DNA of 64,000 nt from an uncultured Bacteroidales bacterium (GCA_963750735.1 CAVVRY010000019.1:144985-208984); one strand, 5' to 3'. Positions 50,080 to 60,259 are shown, numbered from the stretch's first letter. The notes: a model not told the origin generated them from the letters alone. Numbers and translations are program-made.

Positions 50080-50158
50080 TATTTAGAAAGTGATGTTGAA
50101 TTTATGATAATAATTTAACTGCCATTTTTAATAAATTATTTGCTAAAACCATTTAACA

Positions 50159-50936
50159 ATGAAAGTCAGAAATCTTTTGGTCATTCTAACCACTCTTTTT
50201 TTTAGTTTCGCAATCCTGGTAGATTGTGCACATAAAAAGAATACCTCGGCTGGAAGTGATGAATCAAATTCAGATCCTGATCTCAATGCCCAGTGAGATT
50301 AATCAATTAACGAATGCTGAAAAGGAAGATGGTTGGGTATTGTTATTTGATGGTATGAGTTTAGATGGATGGCGAGATTTTAAAGGAGAAACGGTTGGAG
50401 ATGGTTGGACTGTTAAAGATGGGAATCTGATTGCGCTTGGCAAGGGTGGTGATCTAGGTGGAGACATAATATCTGTTGACCAGTATGAGAGTTTTATTTT
50501 GAAATTAGATTGGAAGATATCTGAGGGTGGAAACAGTGGTGTATTTTTTCATGTATTGGAGGAAGAGTATCCAACGGTATATGCAACCGGTCCTGAGTAT
50601 CAGCTTATTGACGATATTGGGTTTCCTGAAAAACTTGAAGATTGGCAGGTGAGTGGAGCAAATTATGCCATGCATCCTCCCGTAAATGTGAAGCTTAAAC
50701 CGGCCGGAGAATGGAATAGCACAGAAATAGTGGTTGATGGACCTCATGTAACACATTTTCTGAATGGAAATAAGGTAGTTGAGTATGAAATGTGGACAGA
50801 TGAATGGACTGAATTGGTAAATAGTGGGAAATGGGATGATTATCCCGATTACGGATTGGCTAAGAAAGGCCACCTTGGTTTGCAGGATCACGGAAACAAA
50901 ATCTGGTTTCGAAATATTAAAATAAAAGAATTGTAG
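50159..50936 (+). pseudogene. DUF1080 (3-keto-disaccharide hydrolase-like) exported protein, interrupted by a +1 frame change
   Basis: My translation from the ATG at 50159 gives MKVRNLLVILTTLFFSFAILVDCAHKKNTSAGSDESNSDPDLNAQ, then a stop at 50294-50296. The ORF-track frame (50226..50936) continues ..EINQLTNAEKEDGWVLLFDG..GGNSGVFFHV..GLQDHGNKIWFRNIKIKEL. The span is 778 nt = 259 codons + 1. Confidence 0.75.
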
Positions 50937-51031
50937 CACTTTCCCTTTCATAAGTGCTTTATTATTTAAGTTTTCCTCTCCATCGATGAATAAAATTTTC
51001 TTATTAGTTCTAACAAAATATTATTGAATTT

Positions 51032-51673
51032 ATGAAAAATAAATCTGGTTTTTTGGTATTGGCAGTATTTGTGGTTTCTCTGTTTTTGAGTTCATTTTCT
51101 GCGATTAATTATAATGGAATTCCTGCTGAAGGAGAAGAATGGATTTCGTTATTTAATGGTAAAGATCTCACAGGATGGAAGATACACGGAACAGAAAAAT
51201 GGTATGTTGATAAGGGGGAACTTGTTTGTGAAAGTGGTCCGGATAAGGAATATGGCTACCTCGCCACAGAAAAGAAATTCAAGGATTTTGAATTAAAACT
51301 GGAATTTAAACAAAGTGCAAATGGAAATAGTGGTGTATTCTTCAGGTCCTCATTGGATGGAACGAAAATCTCAGGTTGGCAGGTAGAGGTTGCCCCTCCA
51401 GGTCACGATACCGGAGGAATTTATGAATCCTATGGTAGGGGTTGGTTAGTTCAAATCCCTGATGAGATGGAAGATATACTTAAAATGGGTGAATGGAATA
51501 AGATGAAAATCCGGGTTGTTGGCGATCGGGTAATTACCTGGCTAAACGGAACTCAAATGGTTGATTTTTCTGACGAAAAAATTGGGGAAGCTTTTGGGGT
51601 TATAGCATTGCAAATCCATTCCGGAGGAGGAATAAAGGTTAATTGGAGAAATATAGTAGTCTCCGAGTTATAA
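51032..51673 (+). CDS. DUF1080 (3-keto-disaccharide hydrolase-like) secreted protein
   Basis: 213 aa with a signal peptide. Motifs WISLFNGKDLTGWK, NGNSGVFFRS, GEWNKMKIRV and ALQIHSGGGIKVNWRNIVVSEL. Confidence 0.8.
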   Translation: MKNKSGFLVLAVFVVSLFLSSFSAINYNGIPAEGEEWISLFNGKDLTGWKIHGTEKWYVDKGELVCESGPDKEYGYLATEKKFKDFELKLEFKQSANGNSGVFFRSSLDGTKISGWQVEVAPPGHDTGGIYESYGRGWLVQIPDEMEDILKMGEWNKMKIRVVGDRVITWLNGTQMVDFSDEKIGEAFGVIALQIHSGGGIKVNWRNIVVSEL

Positions 51674-51740
51674 GCTATATTATTATTTTGTTAATTTCTG
51701 GGTTCGGTCCGTATCTTCTTACCATAACTATGCCTAAATC

Positions 51741-54377
51741 ATGAGAAAAACTAGAATTTCATTGTTTTCAATCTTCATTTTTTCATTTGGACTATTTCTG
51801 TTCTCTTCAATTGCACAACAAACAGGTTTTACCACACCAGAAAAGTATTTCGGATTCAGACCAGGTGATGACAGGAAATTGTTCGATTATGAAGAGTTGA
51901 TTGCCTATTTACAAAAACTTGATGAGGAATCACCCAGATTAAAATTAGAGGAAATTGGGAAGTCCCCTATGGGGAAACCAATGTATATCGCATTTCTTTC
52001 AGCTGAGGAGAATATTGAAAACCTTGAGCAATTGCGAAAAATAAACCATGAATTGGCATTAAATCCTGATTTATCAAACACTGAAAGGGAGCAAATGTCA
52101 AATGAAGGACGTGTGTTTGTATTGGCAACCCTCTCAATGCACTCAGGTGAAGTAGGCCCCTCTCAATCAGCAGCACTTGTGGCACATGATTTGGCTTCAA
52201 CTGATGATCAGGAAAAAGTAGATTGGCTTAAAGATGTAGTGTATATGATGGTGCCCTGCCATAACCCTGATGGTATGGACATGATTGTTCATAATTATAG
52301 AAAACATGTGGGTACTAAGTATGAAGGTGCTTCATTGCCCCGGGTTTATCATAAATATGTTGGCCATGATAATAATCGCGATTTTGTCATCCTTTCTCAG
52401 GAAGATTCAAAGGCCATTGCAAAGGTTTATAATCAAACCTGGTTGCCACAGGTAATGGTTGAAAAACACCAGATGGGTTCTACCGGTACAAGGTATTTTG
52501 TACCACCAAATCACGATCCTATTGCTCAAAATATTGATGCAGGAATGTGGACCTGGGTAGGAATATTTGGACAAAATATGTTCAATGATATGACAAATGA
52601 GGGTTTGGCAGGTGTTTCACAACATTATATTTTTGATAATTATTGGCCTGGATCAACAGAAACCTGTTTATGGAACAATGTGATTTCTTTCTTAACGGAA
52701 TGTGCCAGTTCACGTGAGGCTACTCCCATTTACATTGAGTCTAATGAGTTGTCAGTGAGAGGTAAAGGTCTTTCGGAGTACAAAAAAAGCATAAATATGC
52801 CTTTGCCCTGGAAAGGCGGATGGTGGAGATTGGGAGATATTGTAAAATATGAGATTTCTTCCACAATGTCAATAATTAAAACAGCTTCCTTATACAAAGA
52901 GAAAATTCTCCTCTTTAGAAATGATATGTGTAGAAGGGAAATTGCAAAAGGCAATTCAGAACCTCCTTATTACTATATTATTCCAAGGAAACAGCATGAT
53001 GTAAGTGAATTGGTGAACCTTGTAAACCTAGTTAGAGATCATGGAATTCAAGTTTTTACACTTCAAAAAGATACTGAAATTGATCAACGAATGTTCAATG
53101 CAGGAGACTTTGTAATTCCGTTGGCTCAACCCTATCGGGCTCTTATAAAGGAAATTATGGAAGCTCAGGAATATCCTGAGCGACATTATACACCTGGCGG
53201 GGATTTGATAATGCCCTATGATATAACTACATGGTCCTTACCATTGCATAGGCAGGTAAGAAGTTTCGAGATTAATCTTAAGGAAAAAGCTTTAGATGCT
53301 AATCTTAAAAGTTTGGAGAATGATCTGGATTACTCATTACCAATGCCAGAAACCTTTTTTGCCGCTGTTTACAATGTTAATGACAATGAAAGTTTTAAGG
53401 CAGCTTTCATGGCTATGGAGAACGGAATGAAGGTTGACCGCTTAACAAAGGAATTGTTGGACGATGGGAAAATATTACCTAAAGGAAGTTTTGTAATTTA
53501 TAATAATAGAAAAGCCAAGGCTGGATGGGATAAAATATTAGAAGAAATTAAAATTAGCCCACTTATTATTAAAGAGGAGAGGCCATTGGAATCAGTTCTT
53601 CTTAAAACACCAAGGATTGCTCTGGTAGAAACATTTTTCCATGATATGGATGCTGGCTGGGCTCGTTATGTTTTCGATTATTACCATATCAATTTTACTA
53701 TACTTAATCCAGGAGATATTCCTAAAACTGACCTTAAAGAGAAGTTTGATATTGTAATTTTTGCAGATGATGGGAAATCTCAGTTAATGACAGGAAAGTC
53801 AGGATCAAGTGGTTCATACAATATGAGTAGCTATCATCCTGATTATACCGTAGGTATGGGTAAAGATGGGTTGGAAAAAATCTTGTTATTCATTGAGAAT
53901 GGAGGGCTAGTTCTTTCATGGGGCAGGTCCACAGAATTATTTGAAGGTTTACATAAAATTAAAAATGGTGATAAAGAGGAGGAGTTCCAATTGCCTTTTA
54001 GAAATATTTCAGGAAATCTTCAGAAAGAGGGGCTTCTGGTAGCAGGTTCTTTATTAAAGATCGAGCTGTTAAAAGATCATCCTCTTACACAGGGTCTACC
54101 TGAAGAGATAGGAATCTTTTCCAGGGGGCGTCCTGTATTTGCAACTTCTATACCGCGTTTTGACATGGATCGTAGGGTAATTGGTAAATATGTAGATAAG
54201 GATGTACTTATGAGTGGATATATTGCAAAACCTGAAAAAATTGCCGATAAAAGTGCGCTGGTTTGGATTAAAAAAGGAAAAGGGCAGTTAGTCCTTTATG
54301 GATTTAGTCCTCAATTCAGATCATCAACACAGGCCTCTTTCAAATTGTTGTTTAATGCTTTATTTTTGAACCAATAA
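51741..54377 (+). CDS. M14-family zinc carboxypeptidase-like protein with a large C-terminal extension, secreted
   Basis: 878 aa with a signal peptide. HxxE motif (SMHSGEVGPSQ), NNRDF, and a downstream His (VEKHQMG). Confidence 0.75.
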   Translation: MRKTRISLFSIFIFSFGLFLFSSIAQQTGFTTPEKYFGFRPGDDRKLFDYEELIAYLQKLDEESPRLKLEEIGKSPMGKPMYIAFLSAEENIENLEQLRKINHELALNPDLSNTEREQMSNEGRVFVLATLSMHSGEVGPSQSAALVAHDLASTDDQEKVDWLKDVVYMMVPCHNPDGMDMIVHNYRKHVGTKYEGASLPRVYHKYVGHDNNRDFVILSQEDSKAIAKVYNQTWLPQVMVEKHQMGSTGTRYFVPPNHDPIAQNIDAGMWTWVGIFGQNMFNDMTNEGLAGVSQHYIFDNYWPGSTETCLWNNVISFLTECASSREATPIYIESNELSVRGKGLSEYKKSINMPLPWKGGWWRLGDIVKYEISSTMSIIKTASLYKEKILLFRNDMCRREIAKGNSEPPYYYIIPRKQHDVSELVNLVNLVRDHGIQVFTLQKDTEIDQRMFNAGDFVIPLAQPYRALIKEIMEAQEYPERHYTPGGDLIMPYDITTWSLPLHRQVRSFEINLKEKALDANLKSLENDLDYSLPMPETFFAAVYNVNDNESFKAAFMAMENGMKVDRLTKELLDDGKILPKGSFVIYNNRKAKAGWDKILEEIKISPLIIKEERPLESVLLKTPRIALVETFFHDMDAGWARYVFDYYHINFTILNPGDIPKTDLKEKFDIVIFADDGKSQLMTGKSGSSGSYNMSSYHPDYTVGMGKDGLEKILLFIENGGLVLSWGRSTELFEGLHKIKNGDKEEEFQLPFRNISGNLQKEGLLVAGSLLKIELLKDHPLTQGLPEEIGIFSRGRPVFATSIPRFDMDRRVIGKYVDKDVLMSGYIAKPEKIADKSALVWIKKGKGQLVLYGFSPQFRSSTQASFKLLFNALFLNQ

Positions 54378-54414
54378 CAGTAAACATATAAATTGATAAA
54401 TAAGGAAAACTAAA

Positions 54415-54900
54415 ATGAAAAAAGTAGAATTAAATTATTCAAGATGCCAATTAACTCTTCTAGTAACTTTGAGAGTATTAATTGGCTGGCATTTTTTATA
54501 CGAAGGAGTGGCAAAATTGAGTAATCCTAATTGGTCATCTGTAGGATTTCTTCTTGATTCAAAATGGATTTTTTCTGGGTTATTTCAAAATATGGCAAGC
54601 AATCCTTCCGTTTTAAATACGGTTGATTTTTTGAATATGTGGGGCTTAGTGGCTATAGGTTTGGGACTATTACTTGGATTTTTAACAAGGCCGGCAATTA
54701 TTGGAGGTATAATACTTTTAACGTTTTATTACATATCACACCCTCCTTTTGTTGGTATTACCTATGCTATGCCTTCTGAAGGATCCTATTTATGGGTAAA
54801 TAAGAACCTGATTGAGTTATTTGCACTTGCGGTTTTATATGTTTTCCCAACCAGCCGCATAATAGGAATTGACAGATTTCTATTCAAGAAGTCAGATTGA
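54415..54900 (+). CDS. DoxX-family small membrane protein
   Basis: 161 aa with four predicted TM helices. N-terminal LRVLIGWHFLYEGVAKL resembles DoxX/DoxD-like proteins. Confidence 0.65.
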   Translation: MKKVELNYSRCQLTLLVTLRVLIGWHFLYEGVAKLSNPNWSSVGFLLDSKWIFSGLFQNMASNPSVLNTVDFLNMWGLVAIGLGLLLGFLTRPAIIGGIILLTFYYISHPPFVGITYAMPSEGSYLWVNKNLIELFALAVLYVFPTSRIIGIDRFLFKKSD

Positions 54901-54955
54901 TATTGATTGAATTTTATGAACTTTCAGAATTTAAAAAGGTCAAAAAAGGAAGAAA

Positions 54956-56527
54956 ATGGAAAACGAAAATAAAAAAGACGCAAAACAAGGCAAAACGACA
55001 AGAAGAGACGTTCTAAAGAGTCTGGCCACCGTTCCTGTAGTAGGTGCATTTGCTTATGGGTACTACAAGAAAAAGAAATATGATCAAATGCTAAATACCA
55101 GGATTGCTAAGGAACTTGGCATGGATACTGAGACTCCACCTGTTGCTGATCCTATATCGCCTGACTCAAAGCAGATAAGGTTAGGAATTATTGGTTTTGG
55201 CATTAGGGGAACTCAACTAATGAGAGCTGCAGGGTTCGTTCACCCAGAATGGATTGATAACGTAAGAGAAGCTGGTGAAAAAAATTCAGCAAATAAAAGA
55301 TACGTTGAATATTTGGCCCAGGAAAACCTGAATGTTGTTGTAAATGGAGTTTGTGATATATTTGATGTGTATGCTGAAAAAGCTCTTGCTGCGGCTGCCA
55401 ATATTGAAAGAAATGGAACTGATTCTAAACCACAGCATCAGGTTAAGAGGTATAGTAATTATAAGGAATTGATTGCCGCAGATGATATTGATGCTATAAT
55501 AATTGCATCACCTGATCATTGGCATGGACCTATGACAATTGAAGCTGCCAGGCATGGAAAACATGTGTACTGTGAAAAACCTATGACATGGACGGTTCCG
55601 GAAACCTATGTAGTACGAGAGGAAATCAAAAAGAATAATATAGTATTTCAGCTTGGGCACCAGGGGCGGCAGACTGAAAGTTACAATAAAGCAAAAGAAG
55701 CCATTCAAAAAAATCTGTTAGGAAAGATTTCATTAATTGAAGTTACTACAAACCGAAATACTCCAAATGGTGCATGGGTGTATCCTATTAATCCAAAAGC
55801 CAGTCCTCAGAATATTGACTGGGAACAGTTTATTGGCCAGGCGCCATGGCACGATTTTAGCCTTGAGAGATTCTTTAGGTGGAGATGTTGGTGGGATTAC
55901 AGCACTGGCTTATCTGGTGATTTGCTTACACATGAATTTGATGCTATGAACCAAATTCTGGATCTTGGAATTCCTAAATATGCAACTTCATCAGGCGGAG
56001 TGTATTTCTTTAAAGATGGTCGGACTGTACCAGATGTTCTGCAAACTACTTTTGAATATCCAAACCACGATCTGACTATGTTGTATAGTGCTTCACTGGC
56101 AAGTAGTAAGAACAGGGGTAAGGTAATAATGGGCCATGATGCTAGCATGGAAATTGGCCAGACTTTAACAATTATGCCCGATAGGGACTCCACCAGATAT
56201 GAAAAGAAGATTGAGGAGAAAATAATTGATCCTTCACGACCAATATATTCATATATACCAGGAAGGAAAAATGTTGATGCAGTAACCTCAGCCACAGAGC
56301 AATATTTTGCTGGCAGAGGCTTATTGTATACTTACCGAAATGGAAGAAGAGTTGATACAACTCACCTTCATATCAGAGAATGGTTGGAGGTAATAAGAAA
56401 TGGAGGTGAAACCAGTTGTAATATTGACCAGGGTTTTGAAGAGGCCATGACTGCACATATGGGTACGATTGCCTACAAAGAGGGTAGGAGAGTTGAATGG
56501 GATCCTGACAACGAGGAAATTATTTAA
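54956..56527 (+). CDS. Gfo/Idh/MocA-family oxidoreductase with a twin-arginine (TAT) signal
   Basis: 523 aa. TAT signal TRRDVLKSLATVPVVGAFA, Rossmann motif LGIIGFGIRG, and the EKP motif YCEKPM. Confidence 0.85.
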   Translation: MENENKKDAKQGKTTRRDVLKSLATVPVVGAFAYGYYKKKKYDQMLNTRIAKELGMDTETPPVADPISPDSKQIRLGIIGFGIRGTQLMRAAGFVHPEWIDNVREAGEKNSANKRYVEYLAQENLNVVVNGVCDIFDVYAEKALAAAANIERNGTDSKPQHQVKRYSNYKELIAADDIDAIIIASPDHWHGPMTIEAARHGKHVYCEKPMTWTVPETYVVREEIKKNNIVFQLGHQGRQTESYNKAKEAIQKNLLGKISLIEVTTNRNTPNGAWVYPINPKASPQNIDWEQFIGQAPWHDFSLERFFRWRCWWDYSTGLSGDLLTHEFDAMNQILDLGIPKYATSSGGVYFFKDGRTVPDVLQTTFEYPNHDLTMLYSASLASSKNRGKVIMGHDASMEIGQTLTIMPDRDSTRYEKKIEEKIIDPSRPIYSYIPGRKNVDAVTSATEQYFAGRGLLYTYRNGRRVDTTHLHIREWLEVIRNGGETSCNIDQGFEEAMTAHMGTIAYKEGRRVEWDPDNEEII

Positions 56528-56533
56528 GAAAAT

Positions 56534-56562
56534 AAAAACGGCAGGTTAACCTGCCGTTTTTT
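56534..56562. terminator. Bidirectional rho-independent terminator between the Gfo/Idh/MocA gene and the convergent pckA
   Basis: Perfect 12-bp stem aaaaacggcagg / cctgccgttttt with loop ttaa. The A- and T-runs are built into the stem ends. Confidence 0.8.
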
Positions 56563-56601
56563 ATTTCGCTAATTTTTACTTCAAAGGGTTATTGATGGGT
56601 A

Positions 56602-58230
56602 TTAAACAATAGGGCCAGCACCCAATATTCCTTTTGTAACAAATTCCTTATATTGTTGAAAATTTTCAGTAAACATTTTGGCAAGTTCTTTGGCTTTCTT
56701 GTCATAATCCGACTTATCCTTCCACGTATCTCTTGGCATCAAGATTTCTGTAGGTACATCAGGGCATGATTTCGGTACCTGAAGTCCGAAAATTGGATCT
56801 GTTTCAAATTCAATATCATCCAGTTTACCATCCAGTGCAGCATTTAGTAAAGCACGGGTATACTTAATTGAAATTCTTTCGCCAACACCATAAGGCCCTC
56901 CGGTCCAGCCGGTATTTACAAGCCAGACTTCGGTATTATGCTCCTCTAGTTTTTTACCAAGGAGTTTTGCATAAACACTTGGATGCTGAGGCATAAATGG
57001 AGCCCCAAAACAGGTGCTAAAAGTAGCCTGTGGTTCAGTAATCCCACGCTCCGTACCTGCAACCTTTGCTGTGTATCCCAAAAGGAAATGGTACATTGCC
57101 TGATCAGGAGTTAATTTTGATAAAGGTGGCAATACTCCAAAAGCATCGGCGGTAAGGAAAATTACATTATTCGGATGACCACCATGACCTTCTTTTACTA
57201 TATTATCTAAATGAGTAATAGGATAGGAGGCTCTTGTGTTCTCAGTAAAAGAAGCATCGTTAAGATTAGGCTTCCTGGAGTATGAATCTATTGCAACATT
57301 TTCCAGAATTGTGCCAAACCTTCTTGTGGTTGCATAAATAGCCGGTTCAGCTTCTTCTGAGAGCCTTATTACTTTAGCATAACAGCCTCCTTCAAAATTA
57401 AAAACACCTTCACTTGCCCATCCGTGTTCATCATCTCCAATAAGTGATCTTTCAGAATCAGCAGAAAGAGTAGTTTTTCCAGTACCAGATAGCCCGAAAA
57501 ATAATGCCGTATCACCCTTTTTACCAATGTTTGCAGAGCAATGCATAGGCAATATATTTTTATCCGGAAGCAAGAAATTCATAAGTGTAAATGCAGATTT
57601 CTTAATTTCTCCAGCATAACTTGTTCCTCCAATAAGAATTAATTTTTGAGAATAGTTAACTAGGATAAAAGCCTCAGAGTTGGTTCCATCAAGCTCAGGA
57701 ACTGCATGAAACTTAGGTAAATCAATAATAGTATATGCAGGAATATGATTTTTCAACTCTTCCTGGTCTGTAATTCTAACGAACATGTTCCTCACAAATA
57801 ATGAATGCCATGCATATTCGGTGATTACACGCAGAGGTAATCTGTTATTGGGATCAGTGCCAATATAAACATCTTGAACAAATACATCATCTCCTTGTAA
57901 ATATGCTTGCATTCTGTGCCAAAGACTGGCAAACCTAGATTCCTCAAAAGGTCTGTTAACAGAACCCCACCAGATCTTATCTTCTGAACTTTTTTCTTTA
58001 ACAATAAATTTGTCATTAGGTGATCTCCCTGTGTATGATCCAGTCCGAACCACAACTGGACCTAAATGAGATAATAATCCTTCTCTTCTTTGAATTATTT
58101 GCTCGTATAACCCAGCTGCTGTTAGGTTCCAGTAGATATTGTTCAGATTTTTCAATTTCAAATATTCAAGGCCGTACTGTCCCTCAAGAGCCCTGATCTG
58201 TCCTGGTCCTTGCTGTGTAAAATTTTCCAT
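56602..58230 (-). CDS. pckA: Phosphoenolpyruvate carboxykinase (ATP), canonical copy
   Basis: The ORF track starts at 58293. The ATG at 58230 (MENFTQQGPG) gives 542 aa, typical for PckA. Motifs TGSYTGRSPNDKF, FFGLSGTGKTTLS, IGDDEHGW and WLVNTGW. Confidence 0.9.
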   Translation of the reverse strand: MENFTQQGPGQIRALEGQYGLEYLKLKNLNNIYWNLTAAGLYEQIIQRREGLLSHLGPVVVRTGSYTGRSPNDKFIVKEKSSEDKIWWGSVNRPFEESRFASLWHRMQAYLQGDDVFVQDVYIGTDPNNRLPLRVITEYAWHSLFVRNMFVRITDQEELKNHIPAYTIIDLPKFHAVPELDGTNSEAFILVNYSQKLILIGGTSYAGEIKKSAFTLMNFLLPDKNILPMHCSANIGKKGDTALFFGLSGTGKTTLSADSERSLIGDDEHGWASEGVFNFEGGCYAKVIRLSEEAEPAIYATTRRFGTILENVAIDSYSRKPNLNDASFTENTRASYPITHLDNIVKEGHGGHPNNVIFLTADAFGVLPPLSKLTPDQAMYHFLLGYTAKVAGTERGITEPQATFSTCFGAPFMPQHPSVYAKLLGKKLEEHNTEVWLVNTGWTGGPYGVGERISIKYTRALLNAALDGKLDDIEFETDPIFGLQVPKSCPDVPTEILMPRDTWKDKSDYDKKAKELAKMFTENFQQYKEFVTKGILGAGPIV

Positions 58231-58575
58231 AATTAAGTTGTTATTTTTATTTAGATTATTTTTCGAAAATACTAAAAATATGTTTAAAAACATGTGGATT
58301 AATCTACTTTTTTAATAAAAGTAAGGATGGATTAGCAAGCTTCAAAAAGGTGAAAATATTATTAGGTAAATGATTATTGTTGCATTGGAAATGTTGTCTG
58401 GCAAACTAAGACTGATTCAGTTATAATCATTACATCAATTAGTTAATTATTTTTCGTTTTATATTTTGAACCATTGAATTTCTGAAAATCAACGATGTTT
58501 TTTATACATAATAGCTGAAAAATTCTTAATATTACAATTGTATTCCTTATAGTATAATTCAAATACAAAATCATT

Positions 58576-59418
58576 ATGACAAAGCGTAGAGATTTTATTA
58601 AAACTTCTTCAATTATGGCAGCTGGTAGTATGGTTCTTCCTTTGAGTTCATTTGCTGACTCGAAAAGTGCCCCTTATGGGTTAATTCTTTATACTGTTAG
58701 AGATGAGATGCAAAATGATCCGATGGGAACGCTGGAAAAAGTCGCATCCATTGGGTATGAGGTTGTGGAAGCTGCAGGCTATTCTAACAGGCAGTTTTAT
58801 GGTATGAAACCTGCAAAATTTAAGGAAGCAGTTGAATCTTTTGGAATGAAACTTTTGAGTAGTCATAATGGTGTTACAGAAGACAATGTAGAGGAAATAG
58901 CGGAAGATGCAGCCGAAGCTGGTCTAAAATATGTAATAAAACCCTCAATGGCACATGATAGCCTTGATGATTTCAAAAGAGGTGCAGAAGATTTTAACAA
59001 ATTTGGAGAAATATTCAACCAATCCGGGATTCGATTTGGTTATCATAATCATGCATTTGAATTTGAGAAAATCGATGATATGATTCCATATGATATTCTC
59101 CTGCAGGAAACAGATCCTACATTGGTTACCATGGAACTTGATTTGTATTGGATTACTAAAGGTGGACATGATCCATGGGAATACTTTGAGAAGTTTCCGG
59201 GCAGGTTTGAAATCTGGCATGTTAAAGACATGAAGGAAACCGGAAAGCAATACGAAACAGAGATTGGCAATGGTATTATTGATTTCAAAAAAATATTCTT
59301 CATGAAAAAATTAGCAGGGATGAAGAACTATTTTGTTGAGGAGGATAATTGCCGTGATTTCCCAACTTTTGAAAGTATTCAGATAAGTCTGGACTATATT
59401 AAGAAAATGAAGTTTTAG
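58576..59418 (+). CDS. Xylose-isomerase-like TIM-barrel protein (sugar phosphate isomerase/epimerase family) with a TAT signal
   Basis: 280 aa. TAT signal TKRRDFIKTSSIMAAGSMVLP. Motifs GYHNHAFEF, ELDLYW and WHVKD are typical of the AP-endonuclease-2/xylose-isomerase-like fold. Confidence 0.8.
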   Translation: MTKRRDFIKTSSIMAAGSMVLPLSSFADSKSAPYGLILYTVRDEMQNDPMGTLEKVASIGYEVVEAAGYSNRQFYGMKPAKFKEAVESFGMKLLSSHNGVTEDNVEEIAEDAAEAGLKYVIKPSMAHDSLDDFKRGAEDFNKFGEIFNQSGIRFGYHNHAFEFEKIDDMIPYDILLQETDPTLVTMELDLYWITKGGHDPWEYFEKFPGRFEIWHVKDMKETGKQYETEIGNGIIDFKKIFFMKKLAGMKNYFVEEDNCRDFPTFESIQISLDYIKKMKF

Positions 59419-59481
59419 AAGCTTAAGATATTTTTTGCCTCTGCTATCTTCTTGCTGCTTTTAATAAAACTGCCTAACAGG

Positions 59482-59979
59482 TTAACGACCAGATTTTCTG
59501 GTTACTATTTGAATTGGTAAATCCAGTTTTTGACTGAAATTTTCAGCTTCCTGCTTAGCGATTTCTATTGTTTCGCAATGCATAATTGGAATATCTTTCT
59601 TTTTGGTCTGTCCTGCCAGGCTGATCCTATATCCTTTCTTTTTTATGTCAGTTTGGCGATTGCTTCTACTGAAAGTTGAATAGCTAATATTTGATTTAAA
59701 AAGTTTAATTGCTGAAAAATTATCCAGTGCAACCCATTTTCCTGATTCGAATAATCCGAAATGGCTGAAGTAGTGCTTGACTTTTTTCTCTTCCGTATCA
59801 ATTCTGGTTCCTGAAGAAGAAAATGCTGTATAAGCCCCAATAATTATTAGAAAGATAGCCTCAAGGTAAAAAAATGAGCTAATTACACCAACTGCAATTA
59901 AAACATAACCGGAAAAGACACCTGAGGGGCCAAATATTTTATCAATTTTATTGTTAATTATCATGTTCTTTTTTCGCAA
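59482..59979 (-). CDS. Hypothetical membrane protein (two N-terminal TM helices and a soluble C-terminal domain)
   Basis: 165-aa ORF with a TTG start; an alternative ATG is at 59964. No family recognised. Confidence 0.5.
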   Translation of the reverse strand: MRKKNMIINNKIDKIFGPSGVFSGYVLIAVGVISSFFYLEAIFLIIIGAYTAFSSSGTRIDTEEKKVKHYFSHFGLFESGKWVALDNFSAIKLFKSNISYSTFSRSNRQTDIKKKGYRISLAGQTKKKDIPIMHCETIEIAKQEAENFSQKLDLPIQIVTRKSGR

Positions 59980-60259
59980 AAGAGTTAATTTCTTAATTCA
60001 TCTAAATTACAGTCAATAATGCTATATTTTCCTGATATTCATCATTTATAATAATTTAGGGCAATAATAAATCAATATATGATAGGTCCTTTAACTTTTG
60101 CAAGTTTTCAATAATCTGAAAGAATTGCTTGGCGGGGGGAGTAGGATATTAATAATTGTGAAAATATCAATTTTTAAAAATAAAAAATTAACTATATTAG
60201 AAGTCCCATTTTTAATGGAAAATTATTCAGAACCAAACATATCTTAAATTCAAACTATT

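Noticed and set aside
58231-58293. N-terminal extension of the second pckA ORF (MFLNIFLVFSKNNLNKNNNLI)
   Set aside because: It is a low-complexity AT-rich translation, and starting at the ATG at 58230 gives the typical PckA length.
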